From a bacterium (GTDB taxonomy: Bacteria; Bacteroidota; Bacteroidia; Bacteroidales; WCHB1-69), in contig CAVIJD010000008.1 of the NCBI GenBank assembly GCA_963643165.1, forward strand, positions 4,397 through 68,396: DNA of 64,000 bases, read 5' to 3'. A model generated the notes under the pieces. The model ran no database searches. It was given only the letters and a program-made list of their open reading frames with translations, and was not told the DNA's origin. This document shows, in pieces, positions 49,844 through 58,079 of this stretch (its first letter is position 1; the number at the start of each line of letters is the position of its first letter). Both the position numbers and the translations under genes were made by a program.

Positions 49844-50374
49844 TTATTCTGCTGTCTTTTGCTCTTCGGCCAGTTTTTTCACAATCTCATAGACCTCTTT
49901 CTCGCTGCCCGGAGCGTACGAGGTGTGCTGCCAGACGATTTCGCCTTTGCCATTGAGGATGCACATATAAGGCACGTCGTTGACATTCATCGCTCTTTTG
50001 AAGTCGGAGTTGACATCGAGGAGCACGGTATATTCCCAACCTTTGCCGTTCACGAAAGGAGCGACGCGTGCCGAAGTCTTGGCGTCGTCAATAGAGACGG
50101 CATACAGTTTAACGCCGGTTTCTTCCACCCAGTCCTCGTACTCGTCGGCGATGGCGAGGAGTTCAGCGATGCAGGGTTTGCACCATGTAGCCCAGAGGCT
50201 GACGATTACGGGTTTGCCGTCATTGCTGATGTCTGCGGTGTTGAACACCTTGCCGTCGATAGTCTGGATATTCACGGATGGCAGTCCGGCGGCGGGTTTT
50301 TGCGGGTTCTGGTTCTGTGCGCCCAAAGAAAGGCACAGCGTAATTGCTGCTGCAATCAAAAAGATCTTTTTCAT
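49844..50374 (-). CDS. TlpA/thioredoxin-like disulfide reductase
   Basis: VSLWATWCKPCIAELLAIADEYE; signal peptide. Confidence 0.85.
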   Translation of the reverse strand: MKKIFLIAAAITLCLSLGAQNQNPQKPAAGLPSVNIQTIDGKVFNTADISNDGKPVIVSLWATWCKPCIAELLAIADEYEDWVEETGVKLYAVSIDDAKTSARVAPFVNGKGWEYTVLLDVNSDFKRAMNVNDVPYMCILNGKGEIVWQHTSYAPGSEKEVYEIVKKLAEEQKTAE

Positions 50375-51828
50375 TGTTCTTGATTTTTTATTCTGAAAAG
50401 GGGATTATTGTCTTGTTGTTCTTCTTGGGGATAACGGAGATAGAAAAAGTCGGCGAGTCCATTCCCCGGCGACGGCAGGTCGCGGCTCAGCACTTGTCCG
50501 GCCGGGGCAAGCAGCAGATAGCTCGGCAGCGTCTCGATGTGCTCCGACTGCAGCCAGTCGTAGTTGCCGTTGAAATGCCATATTGGCCACGAAAAGCGCG
50601 ATTTGTATTTTTGGCAGAAGCGGCGGTAGTCTTTGGAGTCCATGTCCACGTCAAGGCTCACAAACTGCACGCGGTCGCCGAAACGTCGGTTGAGTTCTTC
50701 CAACATTTTCATCTCCCGTATGCAATCAACGCAGTCGCTCTGAAACACATGGACAAATACATCCTTGCCGTCTCCGAACTGGCTGAACCGGGCATCCTCC
50801 CCGTTTTCGTCTTTCCAAACGCAATCGACTTTCTCTTTCGGGTCGGGTGCCAGCAGACGCAAGGCATTCTCGGCATAGAGGGCGTGTTCCGGGAAACGGG
50901 TCTCTTGGCGGAGGCTCCGGAGGATGGTCAGGAGATTGGCTCCGTCAAACTCCTCATTGCCGTACAAGTCGATGACATTGCGGATGATAGCCAACTCGCG
51001 CACCCGGTCGGAACGCAGCATGGGGTCACGTCCCAAGCCACTGAAAAGTGCCGTATAGTCGGGCTTGTCGTTGATGGCCGTGCTCAGCAATTCTTTAGGC
51101 ACATACTTTGAATTGTAGAGGTGTCCGGAATAGAAGTTGTTGAACAGCAGCATATAAGCGGGATTGTCGTACAGCACGTCATGGTCAAAGAAGCGTTCAA
51201 ACACCGACTGTCTGTCCTTGGGGAAGCACAGTCTGTCGAGGAGGCCGCAGGTATAATAGACGTACGAAGTATAGAAATTGTCGGCATCGTAATGCACGTC
51301 AAAGTCCTTGTTCAGCAGCATCATGACCGTATCATAGGCGGACTTGTCGCGGTCATAGACCAGTTTGAAGCCGTATTGGTCCATCAGTTCATTGAAATAG
51401 CGGTCAAAGCGGTTGATTTTGTAGTTAAGGTCCGCGGTATCTGTCTCATCAGCGGTCACATATAGGAAGCCGCCGTATCTTTCGGGGTTCACGAAGCCGA
51501 AGAGGGCGGTGTCGGCGGAGACATGGAAGTGGTAAGTGCGCGCGGGCACGATGAACAGTTCGGCTTTGGTGGTCCTAATGGCCAGTTGTGCCGGGCGAAT
51601 GGCGGTGGCGGCATATTGCAGGCTGAAGTGTCCGTCTCCACCTATGGTGCAGGTTGCCACCGTCTTGGGGATGCGGTTGAAGAGGTCCTCAAAAACCACT
51701 AGCCTGATCTCTTCATTCTTTGCAAATGGGGCATCGCCCTCGATGACGACAGGCTTCTGTCCTGCCGCCGCCGCTGCCGTCGTGAGGAGCAGGCACAATG
51801 CTATCCATCTGCAAAACAGGTTGTTCAT
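50371..51828 (-). CDS. Thioredoxin-fold secreted protein
   Basis: C-terminal KDVFVHVFQSDCVDCIREMKMLEELNRRFGDRVQFVSLDVD; signal peptide; ATGA overlap with the downstream tlpA-like gene. Confidence 0.65.
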   Translation of the reverse strand: MNNLFCRWIALCLLLTTAAAAAGQKPVVIEGDAPFAKNEEIRLVVFEDLFNRIPKTVATCTIGGDGHFSLQYAATAIRPAQLAIRTTKAELFIVPARTYHFHVSADTALFGFVNPERYGGFLYVTADETDTADLNYKINRFDRYFNELMDQYGFKLVYDRDKSAYDTVMMLLNKDFDVHYDADNFYTSYVYYTCGLLDRLCFPKDRQSVFERFFDHDVLYDNPAYMLLFNNFYSGHLYNSKYVPKELLSTAINDKPDYTALFSGLGRDPMLRSDRVRELAIIRNVIDLYGNEEFDGANLLTILRSLRQETRFPEHALYAENALRLLAPDPKEKVDCVWKDENGEDARFSQFGDGKDVFVHVFQSDCVDCIREMKMLEELNRRFGDRVQFVSLDVDMDSKDYRRFCQKYKSRFSWPIWHFNGNYDWLQSEHIETLPSYLLLAPAGQVLSRDLPSPGNGLADFFYLRYPQEEQQDNNPLFRIKNQEQ

Positions 51829-51831
51829 CTT

Positions 51832-52299
51832 CTATTCTATTTCAGGGAGTTGGTATGACACATACTGGGAATAGTCGGCGTGCAGCATCCAGAGTTCGCG
51901 CACCAGCGAAGAGGAGACGTGCCGCCACTGCGGTGACGTTGGCACAAACAGCGTTTCCACATCTGACGCCAACTGTCTGTTCACCAGGCAGATTTCCTCC
52001 TCGACCATATAGTCGGAGACATTGCGCAGGCCGCGGAGCATATAGCCGGCATTCACCTTATGGCAGAGTTCGACCGTCAGCCCCTCGTAGGCCATAATTT
52101 CCACCTTAGGTTGTTGGGCATATACGTTGCGGATCCAGTCGAGGCGTTGTTCAACAGAAAAGGCGTCCTGTTTGCGGGCATTGTGACCCACGGCGATGAC
52201 GATCTTGTCGAAAAGAGGCAAGGCTTTCCGTACAACATCTTCATGTCCCTTGGTAAACGGGCAGAACGATCCGGCAAAAACAGCAATCTTATCCATCAT
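51832..52299 (-). CDS. coaD: Pantetheine-phosphate adenylyltransferase
   Basis: MDKIAVFAGSFCPFTKGHEDVVRKALPLFD; LRGLRNVSDYMVEEEICLVNRQL; VSSSLVREL. Confidence 0.93.
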   Translation of the reverse strand: MMDKIAVFAGSFCPFTKGHEDVVRKALPLFDKIVIAVGHNARKQDAFSVEQRLDWIRNVYAQQPKVEIMAYEGLTVELCHKVNAGYMLRGLRNVSDYMVEEEICLVNRQLASDVETLFVPTSPQWRHVSSSLVRELWMLHADYSQYVSYQLPEIE

Positions 52300-52305
52300 C
52301 AGCCG

Positions 52306-52869
52306 TCAGTCGCGAAGGACCGTAAAATTATAGTCATCCAGAAACTTAATCAGGCGCGAGGGTTTATACTCGACCGAGTCGGCGTACGTTTGGGGCACCA
52401 CATAGTCCATCTTGGCCACAATCTCGGGGCTGATGTCCATGAACGTCCTGGGGGTAGGTTGTGCGGCCACGTTCGCGGAAGTGGAGACGATAGGCTTGCC
52501 GAGTGCCTTGATGAGGCGACGGCAGAAATCCTGCTGCACAATGCGGATAGCGATAGTGCCGTCGTCGTGAACCAGTTTTTTAGGCAAGTGCTGGGCGGTA
52601 GGATAGATAAAAGTGGTAGGGCGCGACACGTTGGCGGCGAGGTCCCAGGCAATCAGCGGGATGCGTTCCACATACATCGGCAGTCGTTCTGCCGAGTCGA
52701 GCAAGATAATCATACTCTTCTTCTCGTCGCGCTGTTTGATGCGGTATATTTTAGTCACGGCCTCTTCGTTCGTAGCATCGCAGCCGATGCCCCACACGGT
52801 GTCTGTGGGATAAAGCAGAACCTTACCCTCGCGCAGCAGTGCGGCACATTTCTCTATTTCCTGTTCCAT
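52306..52869 (-). CDS. Sua5/YrdC/YwlC L-threonylcarbamoyladenylate synthase
   Basis: LLREGKVLLYPTDTVWGIGCDATNEEAVTKIYRIKQRDEKKSMIILL. Start moved to 52869. Confidence 0.9.
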   Translation of the reverse strand: MEQEIEKCAALLREGKVLLYPTDTVWGIGCDATNEEAVTKIYRIKQRDEKKSMIILLDSAERLPMYVERIPLIAWDLAANVSRPTTFIYPTAQHLPKKLVHDDGTIAIRIVQQDFCRRLIKALGKPIVSTSANVAAQPTPRTFMDISPEIVAKMDYVVPQTYADSVEYKPSRLIKFLDDYNFTVLRD

Positions 52870-52891
52870 TCTTTTTCGGCTATTAAATATT

Positions 52892-52937
52892 GGCTGCAAA
52901 CATACAAAAAAAATGATTTTTTTGTATGTTTGCAGCC
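52892..52937. promoter_or_regulatory. 20-bp perfect inverted repeat forming a symmetric divergent promoter region
   Basis: GGCTGCAAACATACAAAAAA-AATGAT-TTTTTTGTATGTTTGCAGCC. TATGTTTG (TAnnTTTG) occurs on both strands between divergent genes. Confidence 0.65.
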
Positions 52938-52956
52938 TGTAAAAAAAATCCCGGAT

Positions 52957-53406
52957 ATGAATTTGGAACAACGCATCAATGACGACATTAAAGCGGCCAT
53001 GTTAGCCCGTGAGAAAGAGAAACTGAACGCCTTGCGCGCCGTAAAGTCGGCAATTCTGCTGGCCAAGACCCAAAAAGGCGCGTCTGCCGAGATTGGCGAG
53101 GCAGAGGAAATCAAGTTGTTGAAGCAGCTGGTGAAGCAACGTCAGGACGCGGCCGACACCTACAAGGCACAAAACCGCGACGACCTGTATCAGGAAGAGA
53201 AGGCGCAACTGGACATCATTTCCGCCTATCTGCCCCAGATGATGACAGAAGAGGAGATTGAGGCCGGCCTCAAGAAGATTATGGAAGACAACGGCTTCGC
53301 CGGAATGAAAGACATGGGCAAGATGATGGGCGCCGCCACCCGCGCGTTTGCGGGCAAGGCCGACAACCGCACCGTTTCGGACATCGTGAAGCGACTTCTC
53401 TCCTAA
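52957..53406 (+). CDS. GatB/YqeY domain protein
   Basis: MNLEQRINDDIKAAMLAREKEKLNALRAVKSAILLAK...LDIISAYLPQMMTEEEIEAGLKKI...MKDMGKMMGA. Start moved to 52957. Confidence 0.9.
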   Translation: MNLEQRINDDIKAAMLAREKEKLNALRAVKSAILLAKTQKGASAEIGEAEEIKLLKQLVKQRQDAADTYKAQNRDDLYQEEKAQLDIISAYLPQMMTEEEIEAGLKKIMEDNGFAGMKDMGKMMGAATRAFAGKADNRTVSDIVKRLLS

Positions 53407-53427
53407 CCCAAGCCAGCAACCAGCCAG

Positions 53428-54564
53428 ATGAAGTACTACATCATAGCCGGCGAGGCGTCGGGCGACCTTCATGCCGCCAACCTGATGAAAGCCCTGAAAG
53501 TGCGCGACCCGCAGGCGGAGTTCCGCTGCTGGGGCGGCGACCTGATGGAAGCCGAGGGCGGCGACTTGGTCAAGCACTACCGCGATCTGGCCTTCATGGG
53601 TTTCTGGGAGGTCTTTGTGCACCTCAACACAATACTCCGCAACATCAAAATCTGCGAGACAGACATCCTGCTTTATGAACCGGACGCCGTCATTCTGGTT
53701 GACTATCCGGGCTTCAACCTGCGCATTGCCCGCTTTGCCAAAGAAAACGGGTTGAAAGTCATCTACTACATCTCGCCGCAGATCTGGGCCTGGAAGAAAG
53801 GGCGCATCCGTCAAATCCGCAAATACGTTGACGAGATGCTCGTCATCCTCCCGTTTGAGCAGGCGTTCTATGCCCGCAACGGCATGGAGGTGCATTATGT
53901 AGGGCATCCGCTGCTGGATGCCGTAAGCGGCGACCTGCGCGAGCAAGAGGCCGTAAAGTCGTTCCGCAGCAGCAACGGCCTTGACGGGCGCGACATCATC
54001 GCGTTGCTGCCCGGCAGCCGCAAGCAGGAGATTGCCGCCATACTGCCCCGCATGCTCAAGGTGGTGCCGTTGTTTCCGCAGTACCAGTTTGTCGTATCGA
54101 CCGTAAACTGGCAGTCTGCCGAACTATACAGCAAATATATAGGCACTTGTGACGTAAAACAGGTTTCCGGCAGTGCCTATCCGCTGCTAGCCAACGCCAA
54201 AGCCGCCATCGTAGCCTCCGGAACCGCCACCCTCGAAACGGCCATGATCGGCACGCCGCAAGTGGTCTGCTATGCCGGCAGCGAACTCTCGTACCTCATC
54301 GCCAAGAACCTCATCTCCGGCATCCGCTTCATTTCCTTGCCGAACCTTATTGCCGACAAGAAAATCGTGAGCGAACTGATACAGCACGACCTCAACACCG
54401 GCACCCTCAAAGAAGAATTGGGCCTTATAACTGAAAACCAGCCTAATATAGACCGCATAAAGGCAGACTACCGGCAGCTGTATGCCCTCTTGGGCAACGG
54501 GTCCGCCTCTGCCAAAGCCGCCGGCGTCATCATAGAAAGCCTGTCAAACACCACAAAAAATTAA
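53428..54564 (+). CDS. lpxB: Lipid-A-disaccharide synthase
   Basis: MKYYIIAGEASGDLHAANLMKAL; MGFWEVF; LVDYPGFNLRIARFAK; YYISPQIWAWKKGR; LLPGSRKQEI. Confidence 0.94.
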   Translation: MKYYIIAGEASGDLHAANLMKALKVRDPQAEFRCWGGDLMEAEGGDLVKHYRDLAFMGFWEVFVHLNTILRNIKICETDILLYEPDAVILVDYPGFNLRIARFAKENGLKVIYYISPQIWAWKKGRIRQIRKYVDEMLVILPFEQAFYARNGMEVHYVGHPLLDAVSGDLREQEAVKSFRSSNGLDGRDIIALLPGSRKQEIAAILPRMLKVVPLFPQYQFVVSTVNWQSAELYSKYIGTCDVKQVSGSAYPLLANAKAAIVASGTATLETAMIGTPQVVCYAGSELSYLIAKNLISGIRFISLPNLIADKKIVSELIQHDLNTGTLKEELGLITENQPNIDRIKADYRQLYALLGNGSASAKAAGVIIESLSNTTKN

Positions 54565-54621
54565 ATCCTGTTGCAACACAAAAGCATCCATATCGTTAAA
54601 ACAAAAGCACATCGCCTGAAT

Positions 54622-55068
54622 ATGAAAAAAATCATCATCTTCGCAATCATAACGTTCTCATTCGCAATATGTAATGCCGAACAGTTGTCCTTCCGTACCT
54701 ACGGTGCGGTTTCAACGGCGGCGGCATTGGCATCCGGTGACACGATCCCATTCTTCGTGCCCAATGCTTTCACCCCCAACAGTGACGGCCTCAACGAGAC
54801 CTTCCATCTCAAGTACGAAATAGAGCCGTTTGCCACCTTTTCGTTTTTCCAGATGATGATCTACGACCGTCACGGCAAACTGCTGTTCAAGTCGAACCTC
54901 AACAACCCGATGGCCGAATGGGACGGCACCGACAAGAACGGCGTCGCTTGTCCGGCCGGGGTGTATGTCTGCGTCATCAAATACCGGCTCAGCGGTGCTG
55001 AAGAGAGCGGCACTGTCGGCAAGAACGACTATATGGTATATAAGCACACCATCGCATTGCTCAGATAA
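54622..55068 (+). CDS. Gliding motility-associated C-terminal domain protein (T9SS type B-like sorting signal)
   Basis: MKKIIIFAIITFSFAICNA; FFVPNAFTPNSDGLNETFHLKYE...MMIYDRHGKLLFKSN...WDGTDKNGVACPAGVYVCVIKY. Confidence 0.85.
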   Translation: MKKIIIFAIITFSFAICNAEQLSFRTYGAVSTAAALASGDTIPFFVPNAFTPNSDGLNETFHLKYEIEPFATFSFFQMMIYDRHGKLLFKSNLNNPMAEWDGTDKNGVACPAGVYVCVIKYRLSGAEESGTVGKNDYMVYKHTIALLR

Positions 55069-55082
55069 TAATTTTCCTAAAA

Positions 55083-57950
55083 ATGAGAGATTCCAAATAC
55101 TTTTCCCTACCCTTTCTTTTTGTAGTGTTGCTCTGCTTCGGTGCAGGCACGCTTCACGCTCAGGACATCATCATGACGAACACCTCCACCGTGGAGAATG
55201 TGGGTGAAGACATCCGTTACTTTTACGACCCCGGCGGCACGGCAACCAACCCCGGACCCAACAACCATCCGCTGGGCTACTTTGACCGCAACATCCGCGA
55301 CACGCTGACGATGAAGACCGAAATGTCGAACAGTTACCTCACCGTGCTGTTCAGCGACTTTGCCATGGGCTACGGCGACACGCTCTACATCTTTGACGGG
55401 CAGAACACCAACGCCGCCCTCATCGGCGTCTACAACTCCGTGCGCTCGCCCGAGCAGGTAAGTTCCACGGGACGCTACCTTACGTTTGTGTTCCATTCCG
55501 ACGACATTGACGACTACGGGATGCTGAGCGAAGGCTGGTCGGCGCAGGCATACGCCACATCGTTCTCTTCTTTGACCGTCCTCATCAGCGACTACGACGG
55601 GTCGCTTTACCAGGGATGCAACACACGCTTCTACGACTCCGGCGGTCCAAACGGCAACATTGCAGCCAACAACGAGCATTACGACATGGAATTCGTGTCG
55701 CCGGCCTCGCACATCAAGATGGAGTTTCAGAGTTTTTCAGTCAACGGACTGATGAAGATATACGACGGGGCAAAGAATGACCCTAACAAACGTCTCATCG
55801 GGCAATTCCACACTTCTACCCTTGATGCCACCACAGGCAACAAGCCGCCCGTGCTTTTCTCGTCCGGCTCCACACTTTACGTTGAATACATCGGCTCAAC
55901 GGGCGACGTGTCCAAATCCGGATGGGAAGCCATCGTCTCCTGTGTGTCAGAACTTTTCGAGACACCTACCGGCACCGCATGCCCGCAGGTGGTCATCTCC
56001 ACCACCGACGCCGAAAACCCGGACGTCATCGACCACCAGTGCGGCATTCCCACCATCCTCTCCGCGGGCATCACCGCCACAGGACGTTATGCCAACGACT
56101 ATACCGTGTCGCAGGTCACCTACGCGCCGCCGTTCGCCTTCAACGCCGGCACCTTGATTGATGCCAACACAGACGACAACTGGATTACCACCAGCGGTGT
56201 AACCCTGCCGTTCACCTTCTCCTTTTTCGGCAAACCCTACACCAAGGCCTACCCAGGCGCCAACGGACTGATTTCATTCTCGCCACAATCGGGCTATTGC
56301 TCCTGGAGTTCCACGAGTTGCCCTACCCATACCAGCACGCCGCCCTACTCCTCGGCGCCTTATCTTTACCGCAACTGCATTTACGGCGTAATGGAAGACA
56401 TCTACCCCGGCCACTATATCAACAACGGCAGCATCCGCTATGGCGTCATGGGGCAGTACCCGTGCCGCACCTTTGTGTTCAACTACGACAATGTGGGACT
56501 TTTCTCCTGCTACTCGCAAGGCAACAACATGTACCAGTCGTACCAGATGGTCATTTACGAAGGCACCAACATCATCGACGTCTTCATCCGCCACCGTGCC
56601 TGCTGCAGCAGTTGGAACAACGGCAACGGCGTGGTGGGTCTGCAGAACACCACCTCCTCGCAGATGGTAGTCGCGCCGGGACGCACCTTTGCCACCAACT
56701 GGACCGCCGACAACGAAGCGTGGCGTTTCACCCCCATCACCCCGTTGGACGAAGATGCCACCATCGAGTGGTTTGAGAACGACATCAACACCCCGAGCAT
56801 CGGCTCCACAAACCGGCTGGTCGTGGACCCCACCACAACCACCCGCTACATTGCCAAATACCATTTCACAAACTCCACTAACACCTCCTTTGACCTGCTG
56901 GACACCATACTCGTGCGCGTCAACATTCCGGAAGTTTCCATTCGGGGCGCACACGTCTGCCCCGGCAAGGAAGTCTCGTTCAATCCTGAAATACAAGAAC
57001 TTGACACCATCGTGCCCGCCTCCTACCATTGGAGCACAGGCGACACTGTGCGAGACCTCACCCTCATAGCGCAAGAGAGCCAAGACTGCATACTCACCAT
57101 CACCTACAACAACAACTGCACCACCACCGACACCGCCAAATTAGTGGTAGAACCATTGGAGCGGCCTAAGATCCACGGTGACAACGAGATCTGCCAAGGC
57201 GAGAGCGTCCGTCTTACGGCCTCGGCCGACACCACCGACTACAACTACATTTGGGAGAACGGGCCCTCCGGCCCCACGCGGCTGGTAGCGCCGACAGACA
57301 CCACAACATACGTCGTCAGGGGTGTGCTGCCCAACGACAACGAATGTTTCAAGACAGACACCTTCACCATCATCGTAAGGCCATTGCCTGAAGTGTCGTT
57401 CACGATGTCCCCGAGCGAAATCACCATGGAACACGGGTACGGCACGCTCTATTGCACCATGACCTGCACCTCAGACTCCACCTGGTGTTGGAACTTCCAC
57501 GACCGTTACGATGCCACGGGCTCCATCATACACGACGTTGCGAACCCCACGCACGACTTCACCCACACGGGCACCTACCCAGTCACGCTCTCCGTCACCA
57601 ACAGCCAGGAGTGTTCCGACTCTGTCACGCAATACGTCACCGTCACGGTGCCCATACACTTCTACATCCCCAATGCTTTCACCCCGAACGGCGACGACTT
57701 GAACAACGTCTTCATCCCCAGTTTTGAAGGCATCGAAATCGAAAAATACCAGATGCTCGTCTATGACCGTCAAGGAAGGTTGGTGTTCAAATCGACCAAC
57801 CCCAACATCGGTTGGGACGGCAACGACATGCTCGGCAACGAATGTCCGCAGGGGGTTTACATCTATTACATCCGGCATTGGACGCAATTAGACAACATCA
57901 ACGGCCCCGGACAGCCGCAAATCACCGGCAACATCACCCTGATACGGTAG
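55083..57950 (+). CDS. Large secreted CUB-like/PKD-like protein with gliding-associated C-terminal domain (T9SS type B)
   Basis: CUB-like DTLYIFDGQNTNAALIGVY; PKD-like CWNFHDRYD...PTHDFTHTGTYPVTLSVTN; C-terminus IPNAFTPNGDDLNNVFIPSF...MLVYDRQGRLVFKS...GWDGNDMLGNECPQGVYIYYI. Confidence 0.88.
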   Translation: MRDSKYFSLPFLFVVLLCFGAGTLHAQDIIMTNTSTVENVGEDIRYFYDPGGTATNPGPNNHPLGYFDRNIRDTLTMKTEMSNSYLTVLFSDFAMGYGDTLYIFDGQNTNAALIGVYNSVRSPEQVSSTGRYLTFVFHSDDIDDYGMLSEGWSAQAYATSFSSLTVLISDYDGSLYQGCNTRFYDSGGPNGNIAANNEHYDMEFVSPASHIKMEFQSFSVNGLMKIYDGAKNDPNKRLIGQFHTSTLDATTGNKPPVLFSSGSTLYVEYIGSTGDVSKSGWEAIVSCVSELFETPTGTACPQVVISTTDAENPDVIDHQCGIPTILSAGITATGRYANDYTVSQVTYAPPFAFNAGTLIDANTDDNWITTSGVTLPFTFSFFGKPYTKAYPGANGLISFSPQSGYCSWSSTSCPTHTSTPPYSSAPYLYRNCIYGVMEDIYPGHYINNGSIRYGVMGQYPCRTFVFNYDNVGLFSCYSQGNNMYQSYQMVIYEGTNIIDVFIRHRACCSSWNNGNGVVGLQNTTSSQMVVAPGRTFATNWTADNEAWRFTPITPLDEDATIEWFENDINTPSIGSTNRLVVDPTTTTRYIAKYHFTNSTNTSFDLLDTILVRVNIPEVSIRGAHVCPGKEVSFNPEIQELDTIVPASYHWSTGDTVRDLTLIAQESQDCILTITYNNNCTTTDTAKLVVEPLERPKIHGDNEICQGESVRLTASADTTDYNYIWENGPSGPTRLVAPTDTTTYVVRGVLPNDNECFKTDTFTIIVRPLPEVSFTMSPSEITMEHGYGTLYCTMTCTSDSTWCWNFHDRYDATGSIIHDVANPTHDFTHTGTYPVTLSVTNSQECSDSVTQYVTVTVPIHFYIPNAFTPNGDDLNNVFIPSFEGIEIEKYQMLVYDRQGRLVFKSTNPNIGWDGNDMLGNECPQGVYIYYIRHWTQLDNINGPGQPQITGNITLIR

Positions 57951-58053
57951 CCGGCCATTGACCGAAACGGCACAGACACAACCAAGCGAGGCTATGGGGA
58001 GTTGAGCGCAGACACAACTTCACATAGCCTTGTTTATACATATTCTTTTTTTG

Positions 58054-58061
58054 TACTTTTG
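58054..58061 (+). promoter_or_regulatory. -7 box (TACTTTTG) upstream of clpC
   Basis: TAnnTTTG match 19 bp before the clpC ATG. Confidence 0.5.
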
Positions 58062-58079
58062 CCGCAAATTTCAACGTAA

